From an uncultured Gammaproteobacteria bacterium (GTDB lineage Bacteria; Patescibacteriota; Patescibacteriia; UBA9934): DNA of 64,000 nt. Of the stretch, positions 45,799 through 57,200 are shown piece by piece. The position numbers and the translations under genes are program-made. Under the pieces are notes generated by a model. It was given only the letters and a program-made list of their open reading frames with translations, was not told the origin of the DNA and did not search any database. Positions within the stretch are counted from its first letter, which is position 1, and the number at the start of each line of letters is the position of its first letter. The stretch spans positions 100,214 through 164,213 of the forward strand of contig CAYFMS010000001.1 of the NCBI GenBank assembly GCA_964344415.1. The letters run 5' to 3'.

Positions 45799-45880
45799 TT
45801 TTTCCTCCAATGCATGTAAAGCCAAGCAAAGATACATTAAATTTGCTTCTTTGTCAATATCGATATGGTAAAATCCGATC

Positions 45881-46840
45881 ATGATTATTTTTGTCTACGG
45901 TGACAGTCCACATTTGCTGAAGCGAAAGGTTGAGGAGCTTCAAAAAGGATTTGTACAGAAATTTGACCCATCAAAGTTTAATTTTGATGAATTTGTATAT
46001 TCAGAGAAGGCAGAAAAAGATATTGTTCAGGTATTGAATACGCCCCCATTTTTGGGTGAGAAGCGAATGCTTGTTATCAGAGGGCTTTTAACCGAATCAA
46101 ATGCAAAGCCATTTGCGGCACTTTGGATTGATCGTTTTCATAAGAAGACTGAAACGACATTATTAGTGCTCGTCGAGGAAATAGACACTGAAAAAGTAGA
46201 AAAGCATAAGATTTGGCAGGGATTGCGCGGTTTGGATAATGTACATATGTATCCTCTTGGTAATCTTTCTGGTGTGAAATTGGAGCAATGGGTAATGGTA
46301 CGTGCAAAGGATTTGGGTATTATGCTTCGTCCTCAGCAAAGTAGGGATTTGATACAGCGAGCATCCGGTGACATGGAAACAATTTTACTAGAATTGGCAA
46401 AACTTCAGGCATTTACTGGTCAGGATACAATTTCTGATACAAATTTCAATCTGCTTATTTCGAAAAATGTTGAAGATAATATTTTTCAACTTATTGATGC
46501 GGTGCAAGCAGGAAATATCAATAAGGCGCTTTCTTTACTCCAAAGTCAACGAGATTATGGTACATCCGATATGCAAATTCTTGCTATGCTTATTCGTCAG
46601 ATGCGATTATTGAAGAAAATGAAGGTATATTTAGAAGAAAATGGACAAAGTTCAGCGAAAGATTTAGGCATGCATCCATTTGTTGCGAAAAAGGTAGCTA
46701 AAGCGGTTCAAGGCACGAATCTTGATGAAATAAATGATGGAATAGATTTGCTCATTGATCTTGAAATGCGTGTTAAAACAGGTAAAATTCGCGATATTAT
46801 TGCCGTGGACCGTACTGTTTTAAAAATAATGCGGGCTTGA
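45881..46840 (+). CDS. holA: DNA polymerase III delta subunit
   Basis: 319 aa; MIIFVYGDSPHLLKRKVEEL...GEKRMLVIRG matches the HolA N-terminal pattern. Its placement among replication genes also fits. Confidence 0.7.
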   Translation: MIIFVYGDSPHLLKRKVEELQKGFVQKFDPSKFNFDEFVYSEKAEKDIVQVLNTPPFLGEKRMLVIRGLLTESNAKPFAALWIDRFHKKTETTLLVLVEEIDTEKVEKHKIWQGLRGLDNVHMYPLGNLSGVKLEQWVMVRAKDLGIMLRPQQSRDLIQRASGDMETILLELAKLQAFTGQDTISDTNFNLLISKNVEDNIFQLIDAVQAGNINKALSLLQSQRDYGTSDMQILAMLIRQMRLLKKMKVYLEENGQSSAKDLGMHPFVAKKVAKAVQGTNLDEINDGIDLLIDLEMRVKTGKIRDIIAVDRTVLKIMRA

Positions 46841-46905
46841 CACTTCCCTGTTTTCTCGGTAAACTCCTGTCGTCCCTTTTATAACATGCTCATAAATGGA
46901 TATTT

Positions 46906-47175
46906 ATGCCAAATTTGGCAAATGCAAAGAAAGCTCTTCGAGCAAGTGCGAAGCGTGCGGAGCGAAATCGATTGATTCGAGAAGAGATTAGCTCACTTCG
47001 TCGGCATTTTCGAAAGGCTGTCGAAAGTAATGATTTCGATGAAGCGAAGAAAATGATGCCAACGTTAGACAAAAAACTTGATAAGTCTGTAACGAAAAAT
47101 GTCTTTAAAAAGAATAAAGTTGCACGAATCAAGGCACGACTAGCAGCATCACTCAAAAGAGCTGAAGCAAAATAA
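46906..47175 (+). CDS. rpsT: 30S ribosomal protein S20
   Basis: MPNLANAKKALRASAKRAERNR S20 signature. Confidence 0.9.
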   Translation: MPNLANAKKALRASAKRAERNRLIREEISSLRRHFRKAVESNDFDEAKKMMPTLDKKLDKSVTKNVFKKNKVARIKARLAASLKRAEAK

Positions 47176-47200
47176 AATGACCCATTTGGGTCATTTTATT
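47171..47200. terminator. bidirectional Rho-independent terminator
   Basis: aaatgaccca-tt-tgggtcattt perfect stem flanked by A and T runs. Confidence 0.7.
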
Positions 47201-48293
47201 GTAGCTGTGGTTTTTCTAGCTTTTCTATTTCGATCAGGTCATCTCGATTTCCATCGGTGATTCTTATGACGTCTTTACTGATTTTTCCAAGTTCTGATCC
47301 TGTTTCATTGTATTGATTCACTACCGTGGATAGATTTTTTCCTAATCGTTCATGCGTGTCACGATATTTTGCGAAATGTTTACCAAGCTCCCCTACTCTT
47401 TTGATAATTTCTTGCGTAGACTTCTCAATTTCAAGCTTCTTTAGACCCATAAGTACTGTCTGCAGATATGCATAGAAAGATGTTGGAGAAACAAGCATAA
47501 CCTGTCTTTCAAAGGCATATTCAACCAAATTACTACTATTTACTCCAGATCCAACATCAGCATTCAATAAATTATAATAGACACCTTCTGCAGGAATGAA
47601 CATAAATGCAAAACTTGTAGTGCCATGTTCAGGTCGAATATATTTTGATGTTTCGTCAATGCGTTTTTTAACATCGGCTTTGAACATCTTTTCTAGCTTT
47701 TCTCGGTTATTCTTGTCGAATTCCTCCATCATGCGATTGTAATTTTCTAGTGTAAATTTCGCGTCAATTGGGATAATTTGCTCATTAACGAAAATAACAG
47801 CGTCTGCAATAAGTTTTGAACCAGCATCGTCTAGGCCAAGTTCATGCTGCATACTATACATCTGTTTTGATGGCATAACATTACTAAGCAGTGTTTCTAG
47901 CCAATATTCGCCAAGAACTCCCCTTTGCTTTGGATTCTTTAGAATATTTTGCAATTGTCGAAGCTCGGTAGAATAATCGAGTACTTGCTTGCTGGTTTGT
48001 TTTACCTCGGTCAATTCTTTGGTAACGGATGCGATTATTTCGCTAATCTTAGCGCCGTGCTTTTGAATTGATGTATGGGAATGCATCATTCCCTTCGTAA
48101 GTTGATCATGAACACGATCCAATCGTTCCTGCACTTCTTTTCTATGATCTCCGCTCGATCGAAGGAGTTCTTCGCGTAATAGTTGAAGTTGTTGTTCTAA
48201 AATCGGAGATGATTTCTCCTCTTTTTTTGATAATAAAATGAAAATAACTGCAAATACAGCTAAAATGAGAATAATAAGTAGAATTGTCTGCAT
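47196..48293 (-). CDS. rmuC: DNA recombination protein RmuC
   Basis: N-terminal TM plus a long coiled-coil and the C-terminal RmuC domain; start at ATG 48293. Confidence 0.7.
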   Translation of the reverse strand: MQTILLIILILAVFAVIFILLSKKEEKSSPILEQQLQLLREELLRSSGDHRKEVQERLDRVHDQLTKGMMHSHTSIQKHGAKISEIIASVTKELTEVKQTSKQVLDYSTELRQLQNILKNPKQRGVLGEYWLETLLSNVMPSKQMYSMQHELGLDDAGSKLIADAVIFVNEQIIPIDAKFTLENYNRMMEEFDKNNREKLEKMFKADVKKRIDETSKYIRPEHGTTSFAFMFIPAEGVYYNLLNADVGSGVNSSNLVEYAFERQVMLVSPTSFYAYLQTVLMGLKKLEIEKSTQEIIKRVGELGKHFAKYRDTHERLGKNLSTVVNQYNETGSELGKISKDVIRITDGNRDDLIEIEKLEKPQLQ

Positions 48294-48381
48294 AGTTACT
48301 TGATTATAGCACCTTTTTACGCTATTATTTAGCAAATAGGATATATTAACTATTTTACGACACTTGTTATTCGTGAAACAA

Positions 48382-48458
48382 GGCTCCGTAGCTCAACTGG
48401 ATAGAGCAGATCCGTCCTAAGGATAAGGTTGCAGGTTCGACTCCTGCCGGGGTCACCA
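48382..48458 (+). tRNA. tRNA-Arg (CCT)
   Basis: Hand-folded: acceptor GGCTCCG/CGGGGTC with two G-U pairs; D-arm GCTC/GAGC; anticodon loop GTCCTAA; T-arm GCAGG-TTCGACT-CCTGC; CCA encoded. Confidence 0.7.
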
Positions 48459-48604
48459 GTGTATTCTGTCCAAAATAGCTGATATTTGAACACAATTGTT
48501 ATTTTGTAGTAATTACAGCAAGTACAGGCCTGAATGTTCTGTGCCGGCACAGTGCAGGTTAAGAAAATTCAATGCAATGGCAAGATAGAAAAACACCGGT
48601 ATGA

Positions 48605-48635
48605 CCGGTTTTTTATTTTGCCTGTAGTAGGGGCG
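48605..48635. terminator. bidirectional terminator hairpin
   Basis: accggt-atg-accggt stem flanked by A5 and T6 runs. Confidence 0.45.
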
Positions 48636-48648
48636 GTGTCATGTTCAC

Positions 48649-48775
48649 TTATCCACTTCAAAGTCGGACATAACTGTGGATAACTTTACCAGTTTCACAT
48701 GAATCGACTAAAAATATAATCGCTAAGATTAGCGCAGAATCGTAATTTGATAAAAAATGTGTTCAATGTGGATAA
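48649..48775. promoter_or_regulatory. three DnaA boxes upstream of the surface-protein operon
   Basis: TTATCCACT at 48649-48657; TGTGGATAA perfect at 48675-48683 and at 48767-48775. Confidence 0.55.
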
Positions 48776-48845
48776 CCTGTGAACAAGTTATGAATTGTAT
48801 AAAAATCTTCAAGAAACTTTGCTAAAAATAGCGTATAATAAAGAC

Positions 48846-49781
48846 ATGGCATATAAAATTGTCACATGTTTTTTACTGATTGCTGTAGGTACATTTTTGC
48901 AAGCGGTCAGCATATCGGCAGATAGTTCATCTACGAATTATCGTATTAAATTCGACTCATTTACCTATTTCGGAGCTGAGAATACATCAGCAACGTCTTA
49001 TATTTTGAATACAGGTGGTAATCATGCCGTCGGCCAATCAACGAGTACAAGTTATGATACTCGTCAGGGATATGGCGGAGGAGTTTATGATCCATTTGCA
49101 AGTTTTTCGCTAGGTGTACAGGATTTTTCATCTCAAGTTGCAATAACGGCGCAGCCAAGTGCTAATACATATACATTCACGGATGCAAGCGGATTTTCGC
49201 AAGGAGATACCGTTATTCTCGTATCTGATGAATCTGATGCAATGCCGAGCTTTCGAATCAATACCATTGCATCTATTGCGGTAAACGATGTCACACTTTC
49301 CGCTGATTCTGATGAAGATTTTGACTCTCTAACCGTGGATGGAACCGACGATTATGTTTATGAAGTGCTTTATTCTTCTGGAAGTACGGGGCTTGGTCTA
49401 TTATCATCGTCGGCAGTCACAAAACGTTACCTCACTTGGCTCGTTGAATCTGAAGCAGATCAGGGATATACGGTATACATTTTTGAAAATCAGGATTTAA
49501 CAGGTGGTTCGACAGGTCAAACGATTGCAGATGTGGCTGATGGCACTGTTTCTGCTGGATCAAGTGAATATGGGGCGCAGTCAACGGACTCAACGCTAGC
49601 TAGTTCTACATTCGACACACAAGACACCGCAATAACATCATCACCTCAGCAAATAGCAACACGAAGCGGTGTTGCAAGACAGGAGAGGGACGTTCTTGTA
49701 TTAAAAACATCCATAGAAGAGTCGCAAGCGGAGGATACCTATACGCAGGAACTGACCGTTCTTTATGTCGGCGATTACTAA
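48846..49781 (+). CDS. secreted Ser/Thr/Asp-rich protein with a C-terminal LTWLV (WxL-like) motif
   Basis: Signal peptide MAYKIVTCFLLIAVGTFLQAVSISA; KRYLTWLVESE motif. TATAAT lies 6 nt before the ATG, suggesting a leaderless mRNA. Confidence 0.55.
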   Translation: MAYKIVTCFLLIAVGTFLQAVSISADSSSTNYRIKFDSFTYFGAENTSATSYILNTGGNHAVGQSTSTSYDTRQGYGGGVYDPFASFSLGVQDFSSQVAITAQPSANTYTFTDASGFSQGDTVILVSDESDAMPSFRINTIASIAVNDVTLSADSDEDFDSLTVDGTDDYVYEVLYSSGSTGLGLLSSSAVTKRYLTWLVESEADQGYTVYIFENQDLTGGSTGQTIADVADGTVSAGSSEYGAQSTDSTLASSTFDTQDTAITSSPQQIATRSGVARQERDVLVLKTSIEESQAEDTYTQELTVLYVGDY

Positions 49782-50634
49782 AATTCTGATTTCTTTATCA
49801 TTGCTATTATTGCCGATACCTGTTTTGGCATTTTCCCAGTCGCCCGCGTCAGCAGATATTCATGTCTACCCAGGGCAGGAGGGTGTTGTACCGATTTATA
49901 TAACCTCTGATCAGGGAGAGATTTTGTCATTTGATCTATTTCAGGCGCATATTTCTGAGACTGACGATATAAGCTTTTCTGAACTTAATGATGAACAAAA
50001 AGACATATATCGCATTGAATACGACTCAATATCTGTCGCTGCTGATGTTGAAGAAATGCTCCAGGTTTATATTTCTGCGCCGACAAGTGGGGAGGGGGAC
50101 GATATACTTGCACTCGTTGCTAGATCGGAAAAACAAGATGGCGACATTTCGATCAATGAAGCAATCGCAACGATGATTTTCGTTAGTTATGGGAATGAGC
50201 CGAAGCGAAATGCGGTATTTACGGGTCTGAGCACTCCTAAGAATGTATATGGCGACTTACCCGTTGATATATTCGCAACCGTATCAAATACTGGAGATAT
50301 TATTGCGAGACCAATTGTAGAAATACAGATTAAAAATTTGCTTGGGAGGAATGTTGCCGTATTAAGGCCCGAGGATGTGCGTACAAGTATATCTCCTGGC
50401 ACGGAGCGCCAATACCACTTTATTTGGGATGATGACCGCGATACATTGTTTTCACCATTTGGTTATTACACGATTGATGCACAATTCGCTTCTGTCATTG
50501 GAGCGTCATTTGAATCGTACAAGAAATCCATTGTTATTGTGCCGTGGAAGGGACTCTTGATACTTTTCGCTCTTGCTGCACTTATCCTTGCTATAATGAA
50601 GGTGGTCAAGAAACGCCTTCATGCTATTTCGTAA
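49765..50634 (+). CDS. cell-surface protein with an N-terminal signal peptide and a C-terminal TM anchor (DUF916-like architecture)
   Basis: Signal peptide MSAITKILISLSLLLLPIPVLA; C-terminal LLILFALAALILAIMKVVKKR. Confidence 0.55.
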   Translation: MSAITKILISLSLLLLPIPVLAFSQSPASADIHVYPGQEGVVPIYITSDQGEILSFDLFQAHISETDDISFSELNDEQKDIYRIEYDSISVAADVEEMLQVYISAPTSGEGDDILALVARSEKQDGDISINEAIATMIFVSYGNEPKRNAVFTGLSTPKNVYGDLPVDIFATVSNTGDIIARPIVEIQIKNLLGRNVAVLRPEDVRTSISPGTERQYHFIWDDDRDTLFSPFGYYTIDAQFASVIGASFESYKKSIVIVPWKGLLILFALAALILAIMKVVKKRLHAIS

Positions 50635-53600
50635 ATATATACCCTCGTTTTTTGTTCTGCTCGGCATGCTTATCATGCCATTTTTGGCTTTTTTCTCTGT
50701 TCAGGCTGCAACGACCGCAACAGATGCCTATGATATTCCGACTACAATAAAAACAAGTGAAGCGGCCAATCATGATATTTACATCACAACTTCAGTGGCT
50801 ATTCCTGAATCAGATACGCTCACGTTGACATTTGATGCAGATTTTACTCTTACCGGTCTTACGGAAGATGATATTGATGTTCTTGATGATGCAACTGATT
50901 TAACGACAGCTGCCAATTGCGCTGCTGCAGACGAGGCCAGTGTTGGTATTGCTGGACAAGTGATTACCATTACAATTTGTGCGGGTGATGGGGGTGCAAT
51001 TGCTGCCGGAAGTGTTATGCGAATTAAAATTGGGTCAAATGCTGTTGCGTCAGGTACGGGATCGAATCAAATTACAAACCCGGCGAATGCGGGAACGTAT
51101 TATATCGACGCAGCATCGGGGACGAATGATTTGATGGCATCTATCCCTATTCCGATCATCGCGGATGATGATAGTAATGTGTCTGCCACGACGCCTGCGC
51201 CTCCATCAACGGGAACAAGCGGTCCGGGGCCGGATCCATTTGATCCAGATGACACCATCACAATCGTAAGTCCAGACGGGGACGATGTTTTTAATGATGG
51301 AGATACGGTCAATATTTCATGGAATAGCACAGGGACTATCCCCTATGTTCATTTGAAATACTCGATAGATGGAGGTGGGAATTATTCAATTATAGAAGAG
51401 CAGGTAAATAATACGGGCTCATATAGCTGGACGGCGCCTGAAGTGACAACAGATGAAGCACTCATAAAAATCGAGGGAACGGACCTTGCCACGATACTGG
51501 CAACCGACACGTCAGATTCTTTTGAAATAATTGGACCTATTGATCCTTTTGTGACCGTGATATCTCCAAACGGTAGCGAGGAATATGAAGTTGGAGAAAC
51601 TATTTCCATTCTTTGGGATAGTTCTGGAACATATGACGCTGCGCGGATTGAGATTTCCGAAAATGGAGGTAATGATTTCGATGTGATTGCAAATACGACG
51701 AGTGACGATGGATCATATACGTATAAAATTGGCATCGATGCGACAAACCAAGCGCTCATTCGCGTAACGGGACTATTTAATAATAGGGGGGTCTATGAAG
51801 AACTTGAAAGTGATACATCGGACAATGGATTCACCGTCATAGAGCCGGACCCAAGTTCGGTAACGGTGCTTTACCCAAATGGCGGTGAAGAATGGATTGC
51901 AGGGAATACACATTCGGTTTTATGGGATTCATCGGATGATATAGAAACGGTAAATATTACAGCTATTCATGAAAGTGGGGCCTTTCGTAGGCTTGCAACT
52001 GATATCCCAAATACAGGCATTTTTACCTTTACATGGCCAGAGGGACGGACAGTAGATGCAATGCGCATGAGAATTAATGGTTTTAGGTCTGACGGAGAGT
52101 CATTCGCTGACATGTCAGATGCATCATTTTCTGTTGTTGAGGCCGAAGATGCTTTACAGGAAATAAGAGTCATTTCTCCAAATGGCGGGGAATTTTATCG
52201 TCAAAATGACAATATTACCATCAGCTGGGAGGGCAGTGGATTCTTAGATGCTGTCGATATTTACTATTCCGCAGACGGAGGTCAGAGCTCAAGCCCAGTT
52301 ATTATTGGAGCAACAGGTGCAAATTTTGACTGGACGGCTCCGGCCATTATTTCTGATACGGTTTTAGTCTATATCAATGGAGTTTTCAGGGGCGAGGTTC
52401 TTAGCAATGACATCTCTGACGGATTCTTCTCTATTGCTGAACCTTTAGAGGAAGAAATTGAGGAGGATGAAGAAGAGATTGGTGAAGATGAGGAGGAGGA
52501 TGTGGAAGAGGAAGAGTTGACGGAAGAGGATGAAGAAGGGGATCAGGGTGATGATGTGAGCGAGGGTGAGATCGCCCTAAGTGTTTTTGCAGGAAATGGA
52601 CAAATTCAGCTTACCGAAAGGGGGGGAGAAGTTCTTGTTCTTTCGAATTCAAGCGTTGCACTTCAAACAAATACAGCAAATGCGAATAGCGTACGATATG
52701 TGATTGATGGGCGATCTATTGATGCCGCATCGATAACGGATAATGCATTCTCAGCGAATATTGCTATTTCGAATTCCCCAATTGCTGTTACGATTATTGC
52801 AGATTTCGACGATGAAAGTTCTGTATCAGAAACGCTTCTGCTTAACCCAGTGTCTCGGGGTCTTATTTCTACTGAAGGGAGTCCGCTCTCGGATGCTGTC
52901 ATTTTTGTCTTTGCAAATGACTCTCAATGGCCAGCTGGTGTCTATGGTCAGTCAAATCCAGTGATAACTGGTGCGGGCGGCGGAATTGGCTGGTATGTTC
53001 CAAATGGCCTGTATCGTGTCACCGCGGCGCATGACCAATATATCGATGTGGAAATAACGGTGAGAGTTTCGAATAATATACTCATTCCATCACTTAATCT
53101 TCTCTCTATCGAGGAAGAAGGTATTCTAGATCAAATAACTGAAATCCTTCCAGGTCCAATTTCCGATATCGTTGTTTCTATTGGCGGAACAATAAATGAG
53201 TTTAGAGAATCGCCAGCCGCTCAAGTAAGTGCAGATATTTCAAAGCCGATTATTGTAGCATCTGTTGCCACAAGTGCTGCCGTTCTTGTTACATCGTTCA
53301 ATTTCTTGCCATTCTTGCAATATCTTTACACATTCCCAGTGATGTTCTTCGCTCGCCGCCGGCGTGAAAATTTCGGTGTTGTGTACCATTCCATAACAAA
53401 AGTTCCTATATCTTTGGCGGTTGTACGATTGATTTCTGAGCAGGGACGACTCATAAAATCGATTGTGACGGATGAGCTTGGACGTTATTTCCTGAAAGCG
53501 AGTCCGGGTCGATATCGGATAGAAGTTCGTAAAGATGACTTAAAGTTTCCAAGTGAATATCTGAGAGGAAAAAAATCTGATGGAGGATTCCTTGATATTT

Positions 53601-54142
53601 ATACGGATGGCTTTATTGAAGTAACGGAGGCAGATATCACTATTGCGGCGAATATTCCACTTGATCCTAGTGATTTATCGGCGATGCATGCGCCTCGCCG
53701 TATTCTGTTTAAACGGTTTTTGCGCATTTTTCAGCTTGTGGCAGCGCCGGCCGGACTCCTTTTGGCTTTTTATGTCCTTATCATCCAGCCAAGTGTTTTG
53801 ACGCTTGGAGGTGTTTTGATTCAGCTCAGCATGTTTGGGGCGACGCATGTCCTGATACAGCCTAAAAAGAGGCGTGGATGGGGAATTGTACGTGAATATG
53901 GAACAAATGTACCTATTACGAATGCAATCGTTCGGCTCTTTGAGCCAAAGTTCAATAAATTGATTGAAACGCAGATAACAGATGCAAAGGGGCGCTATGC
54001 ATTTCTTGCGGGTTCAAATGAATATTATATGACGGTTGATAAAGATGGATATCGCAAAAAAGAGATTCGACCAATCGATTACACTGAAAAAACAGAACCA
54101 TCACCAATCTCCATTGATGTTGATTTAGAGAAGGGAGTATAA
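50621..54142 (+). CDS. giant (1173-aa) secreted/surface protein with beta-rich repeats, an acidic patch and a C-terminal membrane-embedded region carrying carboxypeptidase-regulatory-like repeats
   Basis: Signal peptide, then repeated ~90-aa modules (VISPNG.EY..G..I.I.W...G). EEEIEEDEEEIGEDEEEDVEEEE stretch. At least four C-terminal TM helices flank VVRLISEQGRLIKSIVTDELGRYFL and IVRLFEPKFNKLIETQITDAKGRYAF motifs. Confidence 0.6.
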   Translation: MLFRKYIPSFFVLLGMLIMPFLAFFSVQAATTATDAYDIPTTIKTSEAANHDIYITTSVAIPESDTLTLTFDADFTLTGLTEDDIDVLDDATDLTTAANCAAADEASVGIAGQVITITICAGDGGAIAAGSVMRIKIGSNAVASGTGSNQITNPANAGTYYIDAASGTNDLMASIPIPIIADDDSNVSATTPAPPSTGTSGPGPDPFDPDDTITIVSPDGDDVFNDGDTVNISWNSTGTIPYVHLKYSIDGGGNYSIIEEQVNNTGSYSWTAPEVTTDEALIKIEGTDLATILATDTSDSFEIIGPIDPFVTVISPNGSEEYEVGETISILWDSSGTYDAARIEISENGGNDFDVIANTTSDDGSYTYKIGIDATNQALIRVTGLFNNRGVYEELESDTSDNGFTVIEPDPSSVTVLYPNGGEEWIAGNTHSVLWDSSDDIETVNITAIHESGAFRRLATDIPNTGIFTFTWPEGRTVDAMRMRINGFRSDGESFADMSDASFSVVEAEDALQEIRVISPNGGEFYRQNDNITISWEGSGFLDAVDIYYSADGGQSSSPVIIGATGANFDWTAPAIISDTVLVYINGVFRGEVLSNDISDGFFSIAEPLEEEIEEDEEEIGEDEEEDVEEEELTEEDEEGDQGDDVSEGEIALSVFAGNGQIQLTERGGEVLVLSNSSVALQTNTANANSVRYVIDGRSIDAASITDNAFSANIAISNSPIAVTIIADFDDESSVSETLLLNPVSRGLISTEGSPLSDAVIFVFANDSQWPAGVYGQSNPVITGAGGGIGWYVPNGLYRVTAAHDQYIDVEITVRVSNNILIPSLNLLSIEEEGILDQITEILPGPISDIVVSIGGTINEFRESPAAQVSADISKPIIVASVATSAAVLVTSFNFLPFLQYLYTFPVMFFARRRRENFGVVYHSITKVPISLAVVRLISEQGRLIKSIVTDELGRYFLKASPGRYRIEVRKDDLKFPSEYLRGKKSDGGFLDIYTDGFIEVTEADITIAANIPLDPSDLSAMHAPRRILFKRFLRIFQLVAAPAGLLLAFYVLIIQPSVLTLGGVLIQLSMFGATHVLIQPKKRRGWGIVREYGTNVPITNAIVRLFEPKFNKLIETQITDAKGRYAFLAGSNEYYMTVDKDGYRKKEIRPIDYTEKTEPSPISIDVDLEKGV

Positions 54143-54204
54143 TGAGATGGAAATTGTAACTTGTTCCGAGCTTCGCGCGTAAAGAGGGGGGTTTTGAACA
54201 ATTT

Positions 54205-57200
54205 ATGAGACCATTCCTAAGTAAACAGGATGTTTTTGTAAAGATCACAGCCCTTTTTGTGGTCCTTATTGTGTTTTTCGTCGCCGTGTCGGTCATGGAT
54301 CGAGTAGAGCGGGCCGATGCAGTTGCTCCACCGAATATTCTTGGTTATCAAGGGCGTGTTTTGAATGCAAATGGCGTACCGGTTTCTAGTGCATCGGTGG
54401 ACATGATTTTTGAAATCTATGACGCAAGTGCAGGCGGGACCTGTGTTTGGTCGAATACAAGTTCGTCTTGTGCGACAGCAACGGCGAGAACGGTGACACT
54501 TGTTGATGGGCTATTCTCGGAGCGACTTGGTGACACGGGAGATACATATTCCGCAATAACGGACGCAACATTCGGAGATAATGCGGAGCTCTATTTGCAA
54601 ATTACGATTGAAGGCGAAGCTCTTACCCCTCGAACCCGCATTACTTCAGCGCCATATGCCACGAATGCGGATATGCTCGATGGTATTGATTCATCTTCTT
54701 TTATTCAAACAACGGGTTGTACGGATTGTCTTGATTTCACGAGTCTTTCAAATTCAATGACGGTTGATGAAGATACAACGATTGATCTTTCATCGCTGGA
54801 TCTTTTCTATAATCTGACAAGTAGTGGGAATGTTACTTTTCAAGATAGCGGAACAAATTTCGCAATATTCAGTGGAAATCCAAATGGCGGGCAAATCGAT
54901 TTTACAGCCAATAATGATTTAGCTGGCGGCGCATTCTTCGATATTGATTCGGGTAATCAGCAAACAACAAGTGATTTGGTTGCACTTACGGCAAATACAA
55001 TGGAGGCGGGTAATATTTTGAATATTGTTCAGGATCCAAACTCACTTCAGACAGTTGCAGCATCTGGTAATGCACTTCGTGTTTATAGAGAATTAACGCA
55101 GGCTGCTTCGACATCTACAGGCTCACTTCTTTACATCAATTCAGATAATGACAATGGAATAGCAACGGACAATTCCTATTTACTTGAGCTCTATCAAGAA
55201 AATACGGCATCGACTGGTTACGCCTTCCGCATTTTGAATGAAGGTGCGGGTGGGATTATGTCACTTAACCATAGTATTGGTGCTGGAGCTTCAAGCCCTG
55301 GAATACAATTAGATATCGGTCAGACAGGCTATGATCAAAAAGGGATCGACTATACATATTCTGGGACAGAGCAAGCTTTTGACTTGATAACTGCGACAGA
55401 TGGTAGTGCAAATAATCCACTCTTCCAGATTTCAAATACGGACACAGCATACGATCAATTCTTGATCGATGTCACAAATACAGGAACAACATACTTGGCC
55501 AATTTGAGTACAACAGGTACTGGGGGAGGGATTTTCTTATCAGGTGATGCGTCGGCATCAACACTGCTCGCTATCGAGAACACGGAAACAGGTTATGCGC
55601 AGAACTCATTGAATGTTCGTCATGATGGGTCAACGTCAGGATTTTCGATTACTTCAGCAGCAGGTGCAACGGCGACAGATCCATTGGTATTTATTACAAA
55701 CTCAAATAGCGCTTACGATGTGGACTTGGCCACGATCAACTATGACGGAACGGCTAGTGCTCTTTCGATCACAAGTCAGGGCACAGGTATTTCTGATACG
55801 GTCGTTTCTATTTCGGGCGACAATGCGGATTATGTCATGGAGCTCTATAATGACGGCAATAATGATAATCGGCAGGGAATTTATTTGCAGACCTGTTTAG
55901 ACACGAATCCAACAACTGCATGTAATTTTGCAACATTTGCGGATGGAAATGGAACGGTGCTTGGTGCTATTGAAGGTGATGGAGCTGGAGGTGTGACAAA
56001 TGCATCTGCTGGTTCTGACTATGCCGAGCTTTTCGAACTTGGAACCGCTGTATCGCTTGGTGATGTTGTGGCTCTTAATGCCGATGGGCGCGTTGAGCCG
56101 GCGCAGCGAGGTGATCAAATCATTGGTGCCTATTCAAGCAATCCAAATGTACTTGGTAATTGGTTTGAGAATTGGGAGCAGTCTGGAACACATGCAGCTG
56201 TCGCGCTTCTTGGGCAAGTTCCAGTGAATGTTAATGATGAGGGTGGGGCGATTTCAGCTGGAGATTATCTTGAACTCTCTTCTGTAACGGGCGTGGTGAA
56301 AAAGGCAAGCGGTGTTGGATTTGTCATTGGGCGTGCACTCGAAGACCATGATTCTGGTTCGGGACAAATCATGACATTTATTGAACCGAAATGGGTTGCG
56401 CTTGATTTAATCGAGGGCGATGACTCGGCGATCTTTAAACGGAATTTGGAAATAGCATCTGACGGTGATGCGACTGCGGCGTCAAATAAAGACTCAAACC
56501 TTCTTAGTTTGAGTGGATCTGCATGGGATGGTGTATCGGCAGTTGACCGGTCCATGTCGATTTTTACTGATATTACGAGCGATGATATTTATTCACTTGT
56601 CATTCAAAATAATGATGGTGAAACATCTGCTTATTTCGAGCAGGATGGAGATTTGGTTCTTGGGGGGAAACTCTATTTAGCTGATCAAGGGAATTTACAA
56701 ACGGATACCTATCTATACTATGACGGATCTGGTGGTCCGGGTGGGGACTTTATTCGAACAAATGCCGCTGGTTGGGGAACAGGGTCATATGATTTCGCGG
56801 AAATGTTCCCATCGAAGGATGATTTAGATCCAGGAGAAATCGTCGTTTTTGCTCATGAGAAAGATCATGTTATGCGTTCAAGTGGCGAGACCTATGACAA
56901 TAGAATTGCTGGTATTGTTTCTACGCGCCCTGGATTCTTGGCTGGTGAAAATAAACCAGGACATGTGCCAATTGCTCTTTCAGGAAGGGTTCCAACAAAG
57001 GTTTCCACTGAAAATGGAGCTATTAGTATTGGTGATCCGCTTACGACATCTTCCCTATCCGGTACAGCCATGCTTGCTACGCAGCCGGGTCATATTGTCG
57101 GATATGCCCTTGAGGGAATTTCAGAGGGCGAGGGCATGATCAGTGTCTTTGTTCGTCCATCTTATTATGATGGAGGTTCTGTTTTTGCAAATAATGTGGC

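Noticed and set aside
48350-48550. 66-aa minus-strand ORF.
   Set aside because: It overlaps tRNA-Arg(CCT) on the opposite strand.
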